From Octopus bimaculoides (taxonomy: Eukaryota): 64,000 bases of DNA. The notes under the pieces are model-generated. The model did not search any database and was not told the DNA's origin. It was given only the letters and a program-made list of their open reading frames with translations. The stretch is from NCBI RefSeq assembly GCF_001194135.2, contig NC_068986.1, positions 111,595,507 to 111,659,506 of the forward strand, given 5' to 3'. Each line of letters starts with the position of its first letter. Positions within the stretch are counted from its first letter, which is position 1. Made by a program: the position numbers and the translations under genes. Shown piece after piece: positions 39,790-52,639 of this stretch.

Positions 39790-40421
39790 ATATACAATGG
39801 CAGAGTTTATATACATACCCTTGATGGAAATGTTGACCTGTGTAGAAACTACTTACTTCAATATGTACACTGATATATATGGAGAGGAACATCGCAAAAC
39901 CTGTGACAAGAGGAGATATGGATAAATCGGGTATAACTGACCATGTATGGAAAAATGGAGACCACCTCACCCTGTGAGAGGAAGTTAAAATAATAGACAG
40001 AACACCACTCAAAAATACGAAAACTAAAAGAAACAGCACATATCCTAGGACACAACAACCTTCTAAGCAGACCGAATGCAGATATGAACAGCATATGGGA
40101 ACCGGTATTAAGGAAGGATAGGAAAATATTAGATTTATAAGCTCTAAAATTCACTCCATAATTGTCCACGAGCAAATGGCGTATTGGTTTAGAGCGCGGG
40201 CTACTAACCTCAAGATTCCGAGTTCGATTCCAGGCAGTGATCTGATGATGATGACAATAATTATAATTAAAAAAATTATAATAATAGTAACATCGAAAAT
40301 TACCTTAGGAATGAGAACCCAGGTCCGAAATTTTTCCATATCAGCCGAAATGTTGTGTTAACAACAAACAAATACCCGTCAAATGTAAATAATGTACATA
40401 ATTCCTCATCTCTTAAATATA
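39790..40421 (+). mobile_element. Penelope-like family A 3' end: GIY-YIG C-terminus, 3'UTR and terminal repeat
   Basis: GVIY..GRVYI (partly deleted), then KSGITDHVWKNGDHLTL*EEVKIIDR..KIRKLKETAHILGHNNLLSRP..IWEPVLRK, stop at about 40139. Continues into the same repeat as 34712-34895. Confidence 0.8.
40171..40240 (+). promoter_or_regulatory. tRNA-like module with Pol III A and B boxes inside the PLE 3'UTR
   Basis: A box TGGCGTATTGG at 40177-40187; anticodon-like loop CTACTAA; B box GAGTTCGATTCC at 40220-40231. A partly deleted copy lies at 34713-34750. Confidence 0.7.
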
Positions 40422-40431
40422 TACATACCCA

Positions 40432-40637
40432 TTTTTCTACTGTAGGCACAAGGCGCAAAAGTTTTGGTGAGTGGGCCAGTCGATTAAATCGACTCAGTAC
40501 GCAATTGGTACTTAATTTATAGACCCCGAAAGAGTAAAAGGCAAAGCCGACCTCGGCGTAATTTGAACTCAGAACGTCAAGACACACGAAATACCACTAA
40601 GCATTTCCCTCGGCGTGCCAACGTTTCTGCCAGTTCA
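40432..40637 (-). mobile_element. tRNA-derived SINE (core family, GGCCTTGTGCC-type tail)
   Basis: TAGGCACAAGG..GGTACTTAATTT..GACCCCGAAAG..AAAGGCAAAG.CGACCTCGGCG.AATTTGAACTCAGAACG..GCATTTC..ACGTTTCTGCCAG. Confidence 0.85.
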
Positions 40638-40654
40638 TATATGTACCTTTTATT

Positions 40655-40717
40655 CTTCTACTTGTTTCAGTCATGTGGGAGCACCGCCTGTAGTCCACCA
40701 AATCGACCCCAGGCCTA
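40655..40717 (-). mobile_element. SINE 3' fragment running into a gap
   Basis: TACTTGTTTCAGTCAT..GGAGCACCGCCT.TAGTC..CAAATCGACCCCAGG. Confidence 0.5.
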
Positions 40718-41008
40718 NNNNNNNNNNNNNNNNNNNNNNNNNNNNNNNNNNNNNNNNNNNNNNNNNNNNNNNNNNNNNNNNNNNNNNNNNNNNNNNNNNN
40801 NNNNNNNNNNNNNNNNNNNNNNNNNNNNNNNNNNNNNNNNNNNNNNNNNNNNNNNNNNNNNNNNNNNNNNNNNNNNNNNNNNNNNNNNNNNNNNNNNNNN
40901 NNNNNNNNNNNNNNNNNNNNNNNNNNNNNNNNNNNNNNNNNNNNNNNNNNNNNNNNNNNNNNNNNNNNNNNNNNNNNNNNNNNNNNNNNNNNNNNNNNNN
41001 NNNNNNNN

Positions 41009-41095
<87 letters not shown>

Positions 41096-41529
41096 TAGAT
41101 AAATTTCATATTTTTCTATGAGTTTATTTCTGAAAATACTGCCCGAAAACTTTTTATCAACGTCTCTAGTTCTTTCTTACACTATCTTCAACTCACTTTA
41201 ATTGACTAAAGTTTTCATAGAGCTTTAATGCGTTTGTGTATATTGCTTTACGTAGGTGTGAGTATATATATAGATATACATAACAAATACACTTATATAT
41301 GAGTTGGCAATTATCCATTTCTATGTATAAGTTGAGGCACCAGAATTTAGTACGATTTTATCCATACAAAGACATAGAATTTATTTAAATTAAAGTCTAT
41401 CTTTTTGTGCAGCTGAGGATTGCTCTGCATCTTAAATTTCTGTAGTGATTGCATTGTTAAATTAATGGAGTTGCATGAAACGATCGTACTGCATTATCTC
41501 TGGATATTCTTGTTGCTTATTTTGATATA

Positions 41530-42215
41530 TATCTTAAAATAGGGAAGACCGGCTAATGGGATTATCTTAGGTTTCCCGTCCATAAAGGGTTTAGGTTTAT
41601 GGGGTATCATTAGATCCCAAGCTTGTTGACCCAAGGCCTCTTAATAATATGGAGGAGGAAATTCTTAAAAGGTAATACTCAAAGGTAACAACGGACATTC
41701 TCTCCCTTGGCTATCGGCTATCTATTTCCGGCTATACCGATATCTTATGGGTTCCAAATGGTTATCAGGAATCTCCTGAAATATGAACATGGCCCGACAA
41801 TCTCCGTTCTGGAGTTAAGGATGTCCCCTTAGTCGAGGGAGTCTTTTAGGATTCTTCCCCGTTTCCTATGCACAATTTGCATCGTTTTGTACCGTTGATA
41901 TATGGAGTAGATAATATGTTTCATATCGAGCGGAACCCTGAAAGTGGTAAATATCCAATCGAGGTGTGTACCATTTGTATCCCGTATATTGTCTACTCTA
42001 TTACTAAGCTCTTGTACTTTTTTTTGTATACCTAGCAACCCTGGTTGCCTACCGTTAAATGTAAAACATTTGTTTCTGCTTACCATACTTCGATACGGAA
42101 GAAATCCATAATATTCCGCCTCAATACACCACGATTGTTCATGAAAGGATTTTAAGAATTTTGCATGGTTTGCTTGAAGCTGACCTTCTTCCCACACCGC
42201 GATCCTTGGAACTTA
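41530..42215 (-). mobile_element. Probable Penelope-like RT C-terminal fragment
   Basis: CIEAEYYGFLPY resembles FTxExExxGxLPFLD; PLDMKHIIYSIYQR resembles HPxxxKxxVxxSLxxR; a downstream LPYF motif follows. The spacing is not fully canonical. Confidence 0.45.
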
Positions 42216-42246
42216 CATTCATATAAATACTGTATACACACACACT

Positions 42247-42291
<45 letters not shown>

Positions 42292-42959
42292 GTGTGTGAG
42301 TGTGTGTGAGTGTGTGTATGTAAAACGTGCGTGTATGTAGCTATCTCTTTAATGCTTGTGCGTATGTATGTGTTGGGAATCTGTATGTAGCAAATATCAA
42401 GCAGTCCCCATTATGGCAAAGCAGAATCATTCGCAGTTGGCCGAGGCAACCAGTAAATCAGTGCGTGAAACGTTATAAGACAATAATTGTCTTATGTTAA
42501 CCACGAGTATTTCTAATCACTGGGGCTTATGTAATTTCTAAATACTTCCCGATCAAATACGTGCCAAACGTTTGCAGCAGGGTGAATGCAATCAATTAAA
42601 TCGACGGAAATAACTGCAGCCATTGCTCCAGCTTGGCAGCAGTGCGAAGAATGAAAGCAAACATGTAATGCGTTTGTGCGTATGTCTTTACGTAGGTGTG
42701 AGTATATATATAGATATAGTTGTGTCCATATCGTATCTGTGTGTTTTGTACTTTAGTTTTCGTTTACGTATTCAGTAAAGCTGGTCTTATTACTGCCACC
42801 TCTGTTGCTTATCGCTGCCGCCGTCGTCGTAGTCGACGTTGTTGTTGTTCTCCCGAATATTCCACAAATGGAACAGTTCCTACTTGTTCAAGAATAAATG
42901 GATTTAAGTTTCCTTAGAGGAAAAGGGCAACCTATCCACTCCCCTCCTGCCACATGCAT

Positions 42960-43022
<63 letters not shown>

Positions 43023-43976
43023 GCTAGCACTACGAATAAATCTACTCCACTTTCAAAGAATTAATTCAGAAGATATTCTTTGAAGAATATAAAGGGAATG
43101 TATTATAGTTGATTAGGTTTAATCTATGCATGGATTCCACTGCTGTGTCTGCGATGCCAAGTCTACATTTCGTTGCCAACGAGATTCAATGAAGATGGAC
43201 TTTTCCAAGTAGCAGCGCAGCCACTAACTTTGCTTCTGTGATTGACAGTTTAATTGAAATATTTCGGTTGTTCGACAATAAATCTGGAAACTTGCTTGAG
43301 ACTTAAATAAAAGTAGAGCGTGCGAACACACAGACGCACAGATACTCCCAGTTACTGTTGCAATAACAAATACACTCATACATGAGTTGACTATTATCCA
43401 TTTATATACACACATGCTACAATGTCACACAGATATGCAACACCTTCTTCCATCAGACGCATGCATATACAACCTAGGATAAATTCTGAAGTGTGTTGCA
43501 AATGTATCCCCTTCCATTGGACGGATAAAATATCTTACGTTTATACACACATGTAAATATACACGCGTTTAAACACCAATATACATATACATACAGGCAT
43601 ACATAAATGCATACATAAATACATAGAAAAATACATATCAACTTATATAGACACAGACACACACATACACTCGGAAGCATATGAAGATTCCTGATTGTGT
43701 GAAAAAATATCTACACTTAAAACTACGCACCTATTTACACCGATTTGAACAAAGGCAGCGCACCGTGTGAGACACTTGACACATGCACATAGAGACACAC
43801 TCCATCACACGTACGCAAACACACACACACACATGGTGTGTGTGTGTTTGTATGTGTGTGTGTAGATATTTATAGTATATAGTCGTGAAAAAGTGTATCT
43901 TGATGGAATTGTAGAAGCGTCATAGTACTACATCTGTACGTTCACGGGTGCACATAAACGAGTGTATATATATAAT

Positions 43977-44036
<60 letters not shown>

Positions 44037-44360
44037 TGTGTGTGTGCAAGTTTCTTTTATCTTTAATACGTTTCAGTCATTAGACTGCAGTAATTGTAAA
44101 TCATCTCCTTAATAGTTTCTAGATTCTCTACGTATTTATACAAATAAGACTACATGCCAAGATGTATGCATATGCAATACATGAATATATGTGGTTATAT
44201 AGATGCCATTGAGCGAGTGGATCTGCAGATTTCGACTTATACAAATGCAGACATCTTCTTGCGTATCAATATGCGTTTACATTCAGTTATCACTTGAATA
44301 ACTAGTGAATGTTTTAAACCTTTAGACATTAGTTTTAATGTCTGATAGTTGCAATATCCT

Positions 44361-44568
44361 AGGCGGCGAGTTCGCAGAATCGTTAGCACGCCGGCTGAAA
44401 TGATTAGCGGTATGTCGTCTACCGAGGTGGACTTTGTCTTTAATCCTTTCGAGGTGGATTAAATACGTAACAATTACGCTTTTGGGTACGTGTAATCGAC
44501 ATCATTCCTTTGCCTGTCCTTATTTTCCCCCCTCTGTGTTTAGCTCACCCGGGTAATAAAGAAATAAA
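44361..44568 (+). mobile_element. tRNA-derived SINE (core family, TAAAGAAAT-type tail), B-box region deleted
   Basis: AGGCGGCGAGTTCGCAGAATCGTTAGCACGCCGG..CCGAGGTGGACTTTG..TGTAATCGAC..TCTGTGTTTAGC..GGGTAATAAAGAAATA. Confidence 0.8.
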
Positions 44569-44949
44569 TATTTGCAACATCGTAATTTGCCTTGTTTTTT
44601 CTTCTTTTTGAAGCAAAGATTCCTAAGATTGGTACCGATGCAGTTAATTATGTATTCATGCGTATTAACAATCAAAATTCCCTAGTTTTGTTGGAGTAAC
44701 TTTTACGCTTCATAACTTCCGCAAGGATGCTTGCTAATATCTTCTGTGCCACTACTTTCTCCATTTCTGCATATTTTTTCTCTGCCACTTGTAAAGACGC
44801 ATTGTTACCTTGCTGATATGCAGATAATTTCTCGCCGGGTATTATTCTCAATAATCAATTACGGATTACCTCCTGAAAAGTTGGGTGCAAACGTGATCAT
44901 TGCTATTTAACTCAAGATCAAAGGCTAAATTCGAAGCTGAGAAGTTACG

Positions 44950-45330
44950 TGATGTAAAGGAGAGGGGTGTTGTTCAACGATGTTTGATTCAAAGTTAAGC
45001 ATCTGCCAGTTTTAATTTTGAACAATAAGAGACGATATTCATTCCACCCCAAACTTCCTTGCTGTATGTTTGTGATCTTATTGTCACAGTGATCCACGTC
45101 GAATAGTTTCAGACAGGATGTATACATTTAACACGTGAAATTTGTGCATGCAATTAGCCTGTACTTGTTAAGATACGAGTAGTTTTGTTTGCGACATTAG
45201 TTGTTCATCTGCTGGCGCCAACAGACACGATATGTTTGTCGAGAACTTGTTGGTTAACATTGATAAAATCCCTCCGATATAAGGTCAGCTGTTAGAACTA
45301 GTATCTCACAATCAAATCTTTTAATTTACT
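44950..45330 (-). mobile_element. Possible APE endonuclease remnant of a LINE
   Basis: DVDHCDNKITN..YRLLLFKIK resembles QIDHI..SDHRLLxxKIK; weak match. Confidence 0.3.
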
Positions 45331-47869
45331 TTTGAACCATTGATGCTGAATACTTTTGGTTCAATAGAGGAACAATCCTCCTTTCAGTTCAATTTAGCTC
45401 TCTTTCTCTCTTTTATCCTTTTTTTTAAAATTATTCTCTCCTCCCCATATTTTGCAACATGAATTAACTTCTGCCTTCTTCTTTGACACTAATTCATTGT
45501 TTGGCCATATTTTTGTGGACGAGAGACCGATTTGAAACAAATTCCTTGTTAATTATTTTTCTGTCACCTCCCGTCTTTCTATGATATTTTTTTTTTTTTA
45601 TCCCGGAGTTAACCCCCGTTTGGGAGCGATATATTTTTTACTCAAGAGTTTTCTTTTTTTATATTCTAGCTAACGCTCTTTGACTTATTTTGTATAGTTA
45701 TTTGCTTTTTAGATAAGCAACACCGTCTAACAGGTGGTATTCTGTAAATAAAAGTTCGTGATTTTCATTTTCCAAAATTCTGCACCTTTTATTTTTATTG
45801 CGCTGGTTTTCTCTTCTTCAGCATCTGTAACTTACTACATCGTGATTGTTTAGACAGCGTGTAATTATGAGGTAATCTGTTAAAAACGGAGTTAAAATTA
45901 CAGATCTATAAATATGCATCAGAGGTAAATTTAAGCACCTCTAGAATCACGCCATTTGATTTGATTTTAGCATTTTCCCTTGCTAGTGTTACTGAATCCT
46001 CTGAGAGTATGTTATCTTTCAGTGTACGCTAGAGATAGCTGAGTAACAATAGGGGAGGGGGTTAAATTTAATTGCAAGTTCATAAGCGGAGATAGAAAAC
46101 TGATTTGTTGTGGGAGCCGTGTCTATTTTCGAAAATGTCCACGTGGTAGTATTTCTGCAGTGTTTACAATTCCAAGAATGATAACATGTGCAAAATTCCC
46201 CAGAATATAATTGCGATAATCTTGTTATTTACGCTCACCAAATGTCATTTTGTTAATGTAATTGTTTTGCGTTAAATAATTTAATTCGGTGTTTGTTCGT
46301 GCCACTTGCTTTCATGCCATTCATATAAAAAAATAGATGGATATTCGTTGGCCATTTCATGGCAAAAGAAATTGATTGTTAGTTTTTTATCTTCAACATT
46401 AATGTATTTTATTTCTTCAATTCCTTCCAATATATATATATATATATATATATANNNNNNNNNNNNNNNNNNNNNNNNNNNNNNNNNNNNNNNNNNNNNN
46501 NNNNNNNNNNNNNNNNNNNNNNNNNNNNNNNNNNNNNNNNNNNNNNNNNNNNNNNNNNNNNNNNNNNNNNNNNNNNNNNNNNNNNNNNNNNNNNNNNNNN
46601 NNNNNNNNNNNNNNNNNNNNNNNNNNNNNNNNNNNNNNNNNNNNNNNNNNNNNNNNNNNNNNNNNNNNNNNNNNNNNNNNNNNNNNNNNNNNNNNNNNNN
46701 NNNNNNNNNNNNNNNNNNNNNNNNNNNNNNNNNNNNNNNNNNNNNNNNNNNNNNNNNNNNNNNNNNNNNNNNNNNNNNNNNNNNNNNNNNNNNNNNNNNN
46801 NNNNNNNNNNNNNNNNNNNNNNNNNNNNNNNNNNNNNNNNNNNNNNNNNNTTTTTTTTTTTTTTTTTTTTTTGCCTGTTGCAGTTGATATCAGGTTAGCG
46901 AATAAGGGTGATTATCTTTAGATTTATGAAAATAGTAGTGACAAATCTCTTAACAGAACCGTACGAAAAGAGGGATGCCTGAGATAATGCTAAGTTTCAA
47001 TGCACTCTGCATTTAGAAAGTTTGACAGAACCTGCGGATTGAACCAACTAGAAAAGCAAAGCAACACAACATGAGGATCTGAAAACGCCAGTCACAGCCA
47101 AAATGCTATCCTATTCAAACCAGTGTGTTAATGGTTTTATACAGACATAATGTATTTGCGCGTTTTTGTGTGAATGCAATGATTGTCAGTGGTCGGATAA
47201 ATACATATACATATATACGTTTACATATGTATGTTTGTGTATGCGTATATCGTTATCTCTCTTTATATTTAATGAAGATAAAGCATTTTATAAATCCAAA
47301 TCTTACAAATTAGATATATTACGTATAACATGCTTGCATCTACATCACACTCGGATTTTTCAAGTAACATTATATCTCAAATATTCCTTCCATTTCATAT
47401 GTATACAATCATACGGACATATATACGTTGTTACGATCAGACAAATTATAATGTAAGAAAAAGGGGTAAACTTCTGATCGCAACAACAAAATGTTCAAAC
47501 AGGGAAGTAAATGTTCATATATGGAGATTTTGTCCAGTCTCAATTGTTTCAAGGTAGGTGGTGAACGGTCCCACCCGTATGCAGCTCTGTCTCTCGTTGT
47601 TTCTATCAGCGCCAAGCTCCAGCTATCTTCCCCACTCCCCTTTTTAACAGGAAGTACGAGATTACCTGCCTTGCTCGTTAACAGGAAGAGAAAGAGGTTA
47701 CCTGTCTCGTACTACGCTAACTTCCTGTATATATATTTGGTTATTCATACAAACGTTATTTGACTGCTGCCAAACAATCATTGACAAAAGTTTATCTCAC
47801 CACCTTCGGAAAATATAGGGTAAGTTCTCACCTTTCTTTATATTATAAGTATACATAACAATATATAAG

Positions 47870-47932
<63 letters not shown>

Positions 47933-48049
47933 NNNNNNNNNNNNNNNNNNNNNNNNNNNNNNNNNNNNNNNNNNNNNNNNNNNNNNNNNNNNNNNNNNNN
48001 NNNNNNNNNNNNNNNNNNNNNNNNNNNNNNNNNNNNNNNNNNNNNNNNN

Positions 48050-48119
<70 letters not shown>

Positions 48120-49399
48120 TGTTCATGGGAGTGAAGTCATTTCGCTGAATAACAAACACATACTGAGAATTGTGTTTTTACAAACCCACACTATCAAGCA
48201 TAGCTTTTTTGGAAACGACCGGCTCGGATTTTATTTTTTCTATTTTGCGTGTATAAATTTTTTTACATTGTTAAATATGGTACATTTTTGACAGTTCTAT
48301 CCCGCCTACTCAATATTTTCATATTTTTCTCTCCCAATTTTACTAAAATTTTTACTTTATGCAATATTTTTTCTCTGTTTCTTTTCTGCTTTTTATAATT
48401 CTGAAAACTTCACAGCTGTATCTATTGAAATTTCTGAAACTGAAGTTTTTCAGCTTCATTAAATTTGTATATTGCTCTAGTTTCTCTCTATAGTTCTTTG
48501 AGGCGATTGTTCTTTGTATCTTAGTAACTAACTTTGTTAATATTCCTTCGCTCTCTTCTTTAAAGCACTTTAATGCAACACAGACACATAAACTGCAATG
48601 TGCAGAATAACCGCATCAATCTTCCTACAGAAAAAAGTTCAGCCTCATTAATAAAATTCTGCATGAAATACTTCAATATTAAAACGCATATTTCAATATA
48701 CGTCTAAGAGGTAGAGCAATTTATTTTATGAAACACAAAACAGATAAAACTGAATACACAATTCTGGTTTAAAAAATATGCCCTACACAAAAATGTTGGT
48801 TTCAACTATTTGAGATTTTGCCCGATGATAAAGAACATCAAGTTTAGGCTGACAGGAAATTATTTCCAGAAAGAGCTGAAATGAAAAGTAAAATAAGACG
48901 TAGAATATGCTTACTAATAATTTTATAACATCAGACAGAATATAACAGACTTATCTTCAGAGTGAGATTATGAACATCAAACGGTTGGGGCAAAAAAGAT
49001 GGTATCGCTTAAGTCATAGACGTTAGAGTAGGATCTAAAACTAAAAACAAACACACTTTATTTCCATTCGTCAATCATTCGATCAATTTTTCAAACAACT
49101 TCCTACTCGATTCATCAGTCACAGTATGACGATTATAGTCATTATTTGTTATAATGCAAACATCAATCTAGCTTTGCACCTAGATCTGTGGAATTACAGC
49201 ACCAATTCTGTGATTTCTTTTTCATACCACACTCTACTACAGGGAACCCTTAAACCCTCTGCAACCAGACGAGCTGGGTGAAGTAACCGATTTAGTGGTC
49301 AACAGCCCGAGCATGAGTGGTTACTGTAAGACCCTTAGCCGATCAGATTGCATAGATTCCTGAGAAACGTAGTCTGAATTCACTGCATCAGATATCCGC

Positions 49400-50140
49400 A
49401 TTTGTAGTGTCATTGTGTCGTGGTTCACCTACTTCCGGTTCATCCTGTTTAACAACTCCTCAATTGATGAGGAAATATAGCAGGTGTCTGTGGCTTTCGG
49501 TGTGTTTCAGACCAGAGTGTTCTCGAGCAAGAATCCGAGGAAAACTTGATGTGTGTCAAGCTATCGCTTTATTGATATGGTGCAGAAATCTGGGTGGTTT
49601 ACTGCAAGCACCTGAAGATATTTGACTCTTTTCATATAACGTATCTCCGACGCATCTTCGGCGTCTCATGACATACGTTGTCCCCAATAGAACCATCTTG
49701 GAACTCTCCAACTCCTTCAATATAAGTCTCTGATTGTTAGACGTCAGCTTCGTTGGATCGGCCATGTGTTCACGATGACCACCTTCCGCCTTCCCTATAC
49801 TGATTTCCTAGGAGAAATTGACCGAAGTCCAACATTCTGTTTCAGGAAATAGGATGAAATTGAAGCGTAAAGATGTTGCTACACTGCAGAAATGCAGCAT
49901 TTCTCCGACACATCAGGAAGCTCTTACTGCGGTTTAAAGTGGATGGTGACGCATAAAGTATGAAGATTGTAAAAACGTCAAGACAGGGCGTCGTCAACGA
50001 CTCGATGAGCGCTGAGTGAGACGTGTTGCAAATACTGTTAGATTGCCTCTTAACACTCAGCTCATCCTTTCCTTGTCCAACCTGTGGAAAAACTGCTGCT
50101 TCTATCAGCGTGTCCACTAACTGCGTTTGGTACGAGCTTA
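49400..50140 (+). mobile_element. RTE-clade LINE 3' fragment
   Basis: SIDEEI..VAFG; LLYGAE-like; SLIVRRQLRWIGHVFTM..RLP; terminal SFPCPTCGK zinc-finger-like motif. Confidence 0.8.
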
Positions 50141-52343
50141 AAGGAATATGATGACACTGTCCTTTCGTGTCAAGGGACCTTCAAGCAAGCATCGCAATCT
50201 GACAGAAATTTTGCAAATGTCCTGAATCTAGCAATACCCACTATTGACACTCATCAGCATACTCCTCTTAACAATTTTTGCATTGAAATTAGTATTGTGG
50301 GTCCAAATTATTCTATTTGTTTTATGTTCAAACAGGTCATATTCAGTCTTTCCCCAACACGATAATACCATTCTAAAATTAAAAAAAAAAACCGCATCCT
50401 CAAAATCCTGAAGCTAGGAGATAACGAAATAATGAATCACTAATTCAAAATGGTGTGAATAAATTTGCACTACAATAATCTGAATGACAACACGCAATTT
50501 CGCAAAGCAGTTCTCAGCCATTGGTGGTTTTGGATGCATACATATTCCACTGTATTTTCTGATAAATGTCTATACATTAAGAATAATCGAAGGCCTGAGT
50601 TTTGTGGGGAATTGTATTAATGCTGTGTAGTATTTCCCAAAACACTTGTCTTAGTAAGTTTTTTTCTATTCTCCAAAGCCTTGTCAGAGAGCATACTTTC
50701 CATGTATGCATTAAAAAAAAAAAACGCTATTTGAAAGATGAGCCTCGCTGGAAAATTCCTGGTCAACGTCTATTTCTGTTAAATATTGTTCTTTTTATAA
50801 GTAGAGTAGTTTTTTAAAATTTTATGTTCAGGAATTGCCTTATTTGTTTCCATTAAATTCACCCAGTTACGGCCCAAGGTATCTATCAACTATTTACCTT
50901 ATCATAGAATATAAAATTTTAGGTTTTTTGTTAATAAAAGTTCGCAGGTGGGTTGTGCGATTTATGGGTAATATTTTACTTATATTTATAGTTCAAAATA
51001 GTTGCCCTTTCCTTTCACCACAGCCCTTAATCTTGTTTCACCTAAAGTGCATAACTTCTTCACCGCCTTTTCGGTCATATGGCACTATAACCTCTCAAGT
51101 GTATTTGTCTAGTCTGGTACACTTGAAACATCGCTCGCTAATGTGTGTCATCACAAAATCCATAGGATTTTAATTTTTTTGTTAATAAAAGTTCAAGTTC
51201 GGTTGTTAGGTTCATGGACAATATTTCACTTACATTTACGGTTCAAAATATCTGCTCTTGCCTTTCACTACGGAGGGTTCTGTGCTTAATGGAGAATAAA
51301 TGGACCTCAAAAAAATCTACAAAATTATCTCTTGGACAATTTCCACGTTAAATTGGCTGTGTCCCGTCTTAGACATAGCAAATTCTAAATGTAGCCGGCA
51401 AACAAGGCAGCTTTCTTTTGTCCAACGTTTGCTAGTGAGCTCTGCTATTCACTTTCATTCCTTCTTCAATGAATATCAAGAGTAATTTGCAACCATCCGA
51501 AGCAACAGCAACCCAAACCATGACACCAGTGGATCACTGTCGTTTTAAATATGTTCGACACTTTCGGAGATGTTTTCTTTTGAAGTGGTGTAAACTTTTT
51601 CATAATAATAGTTGGTCACAGACACCAGAACGAAGAACATTTCGTCCAACCAAGCGAAGATGGTTTTATAATGGTACTGTACTATGTGTTGCAACACAAT
51701 GTTATGCGCAAATTCTCCTTGTTTATGTTTTGATTATTTTTTACAAGAAACTAAAAGTATTTTGTCTGAGACAAAACTTATCAGAATACGCAACTTCTTG
51801 TAATTGAATTCTGGTAAAACTCTAAATAAAAGTTTACAAAGGCCTTAAGCCAATATTTCGAATCCGATGGCTCATATAGCTTACAAAGTTTTCCTTTGCA
51901 ATGCTCTTAACACCAATGAATTGTTTTACTATACACTCAGTACTAGTTTATGTGAAGTTACCTCATTCCAATGTTTTATTTAGCAGAAAACTACGAGGAA
52001 AATTAAGATATACTACAAAGAGAAAGACATTCTCGTGAAATACTTTGGTTGTTATCAGCGAATTGCAAGTAACGTTACTGAATAGAGAAATTCACATAGG
52101 TAAATCTGCTTTTTCTTCCATAACACAATAATTAATTTACCTGCTAAGTTAGACTAGCACGTTTATTGTGTCATAACGAATCCTTTCCGGTTAGTAAGTG
52201 AGAAGTATTGCTTCCATCTACGTTGAAAGTGGCAAGTATTTAATCAAATACACACGCGCGTTCGCATATAGCACATACACGCAGGCACCTACACACGCAC
52301 ACACACACTTATAAGTATATAGATATATAAGACGAGAAGTAAT

Positions 52344-52588
52344 GTTTCTTTCCCAAGTCATGCCAGGCTCATAAGGGCCGGTTTCCGGATTTCAGTGACA
52401 GAGAAATTCCCCACCTAGACGGGACGCCGATCCGTCACAGGATTACTATCTAATGCCGTCTGAGTGGACTGGTGCAATGTGAATAGAAGTGTTTTGCTGA
52501 AGAACATAACGCATCACCCGGCCCAGGAATCGAAACTACAATCTTATGATCACGAATCCAACAACCTAACCACTAAGCTACGCACCTC

Positions 52589-52591
<3 letters not shown>
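52344..52591 (-). mobile_element. tRNA-derived SINE (third family)
   Basis: GAGTGGACTGGTGCAATGTGAA..AAGTGTTTTGCTGAAGAACATAACGC..CCAGGAATCGAAAC (B-box reverse complement)..CCTAACCACTAAGCTACGCACCTCCAC. Confidence 0.75.
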
Positions 52592-52633
<42 letters not shown>

Positions 52634-52639
52634 GGAGAA

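Noticed and set aside
40171-40240. Bona fide tRNA gene
   Set aside because: The acceptor and anticodon stems pair poorly, and it sits in a repeated PLE context, so it is called tRNA-like only.
43190-43300. LIEIFRLFDNKSG, resembling an EF-hand
   Set aside because: Short stop-bounded frame, an incomplete loop consensus and no splice support.
51469-51807. 112-aa ORF with faint mariner C-terminal resemblance
   Set aside because: The similarity is too weak to call by eye.
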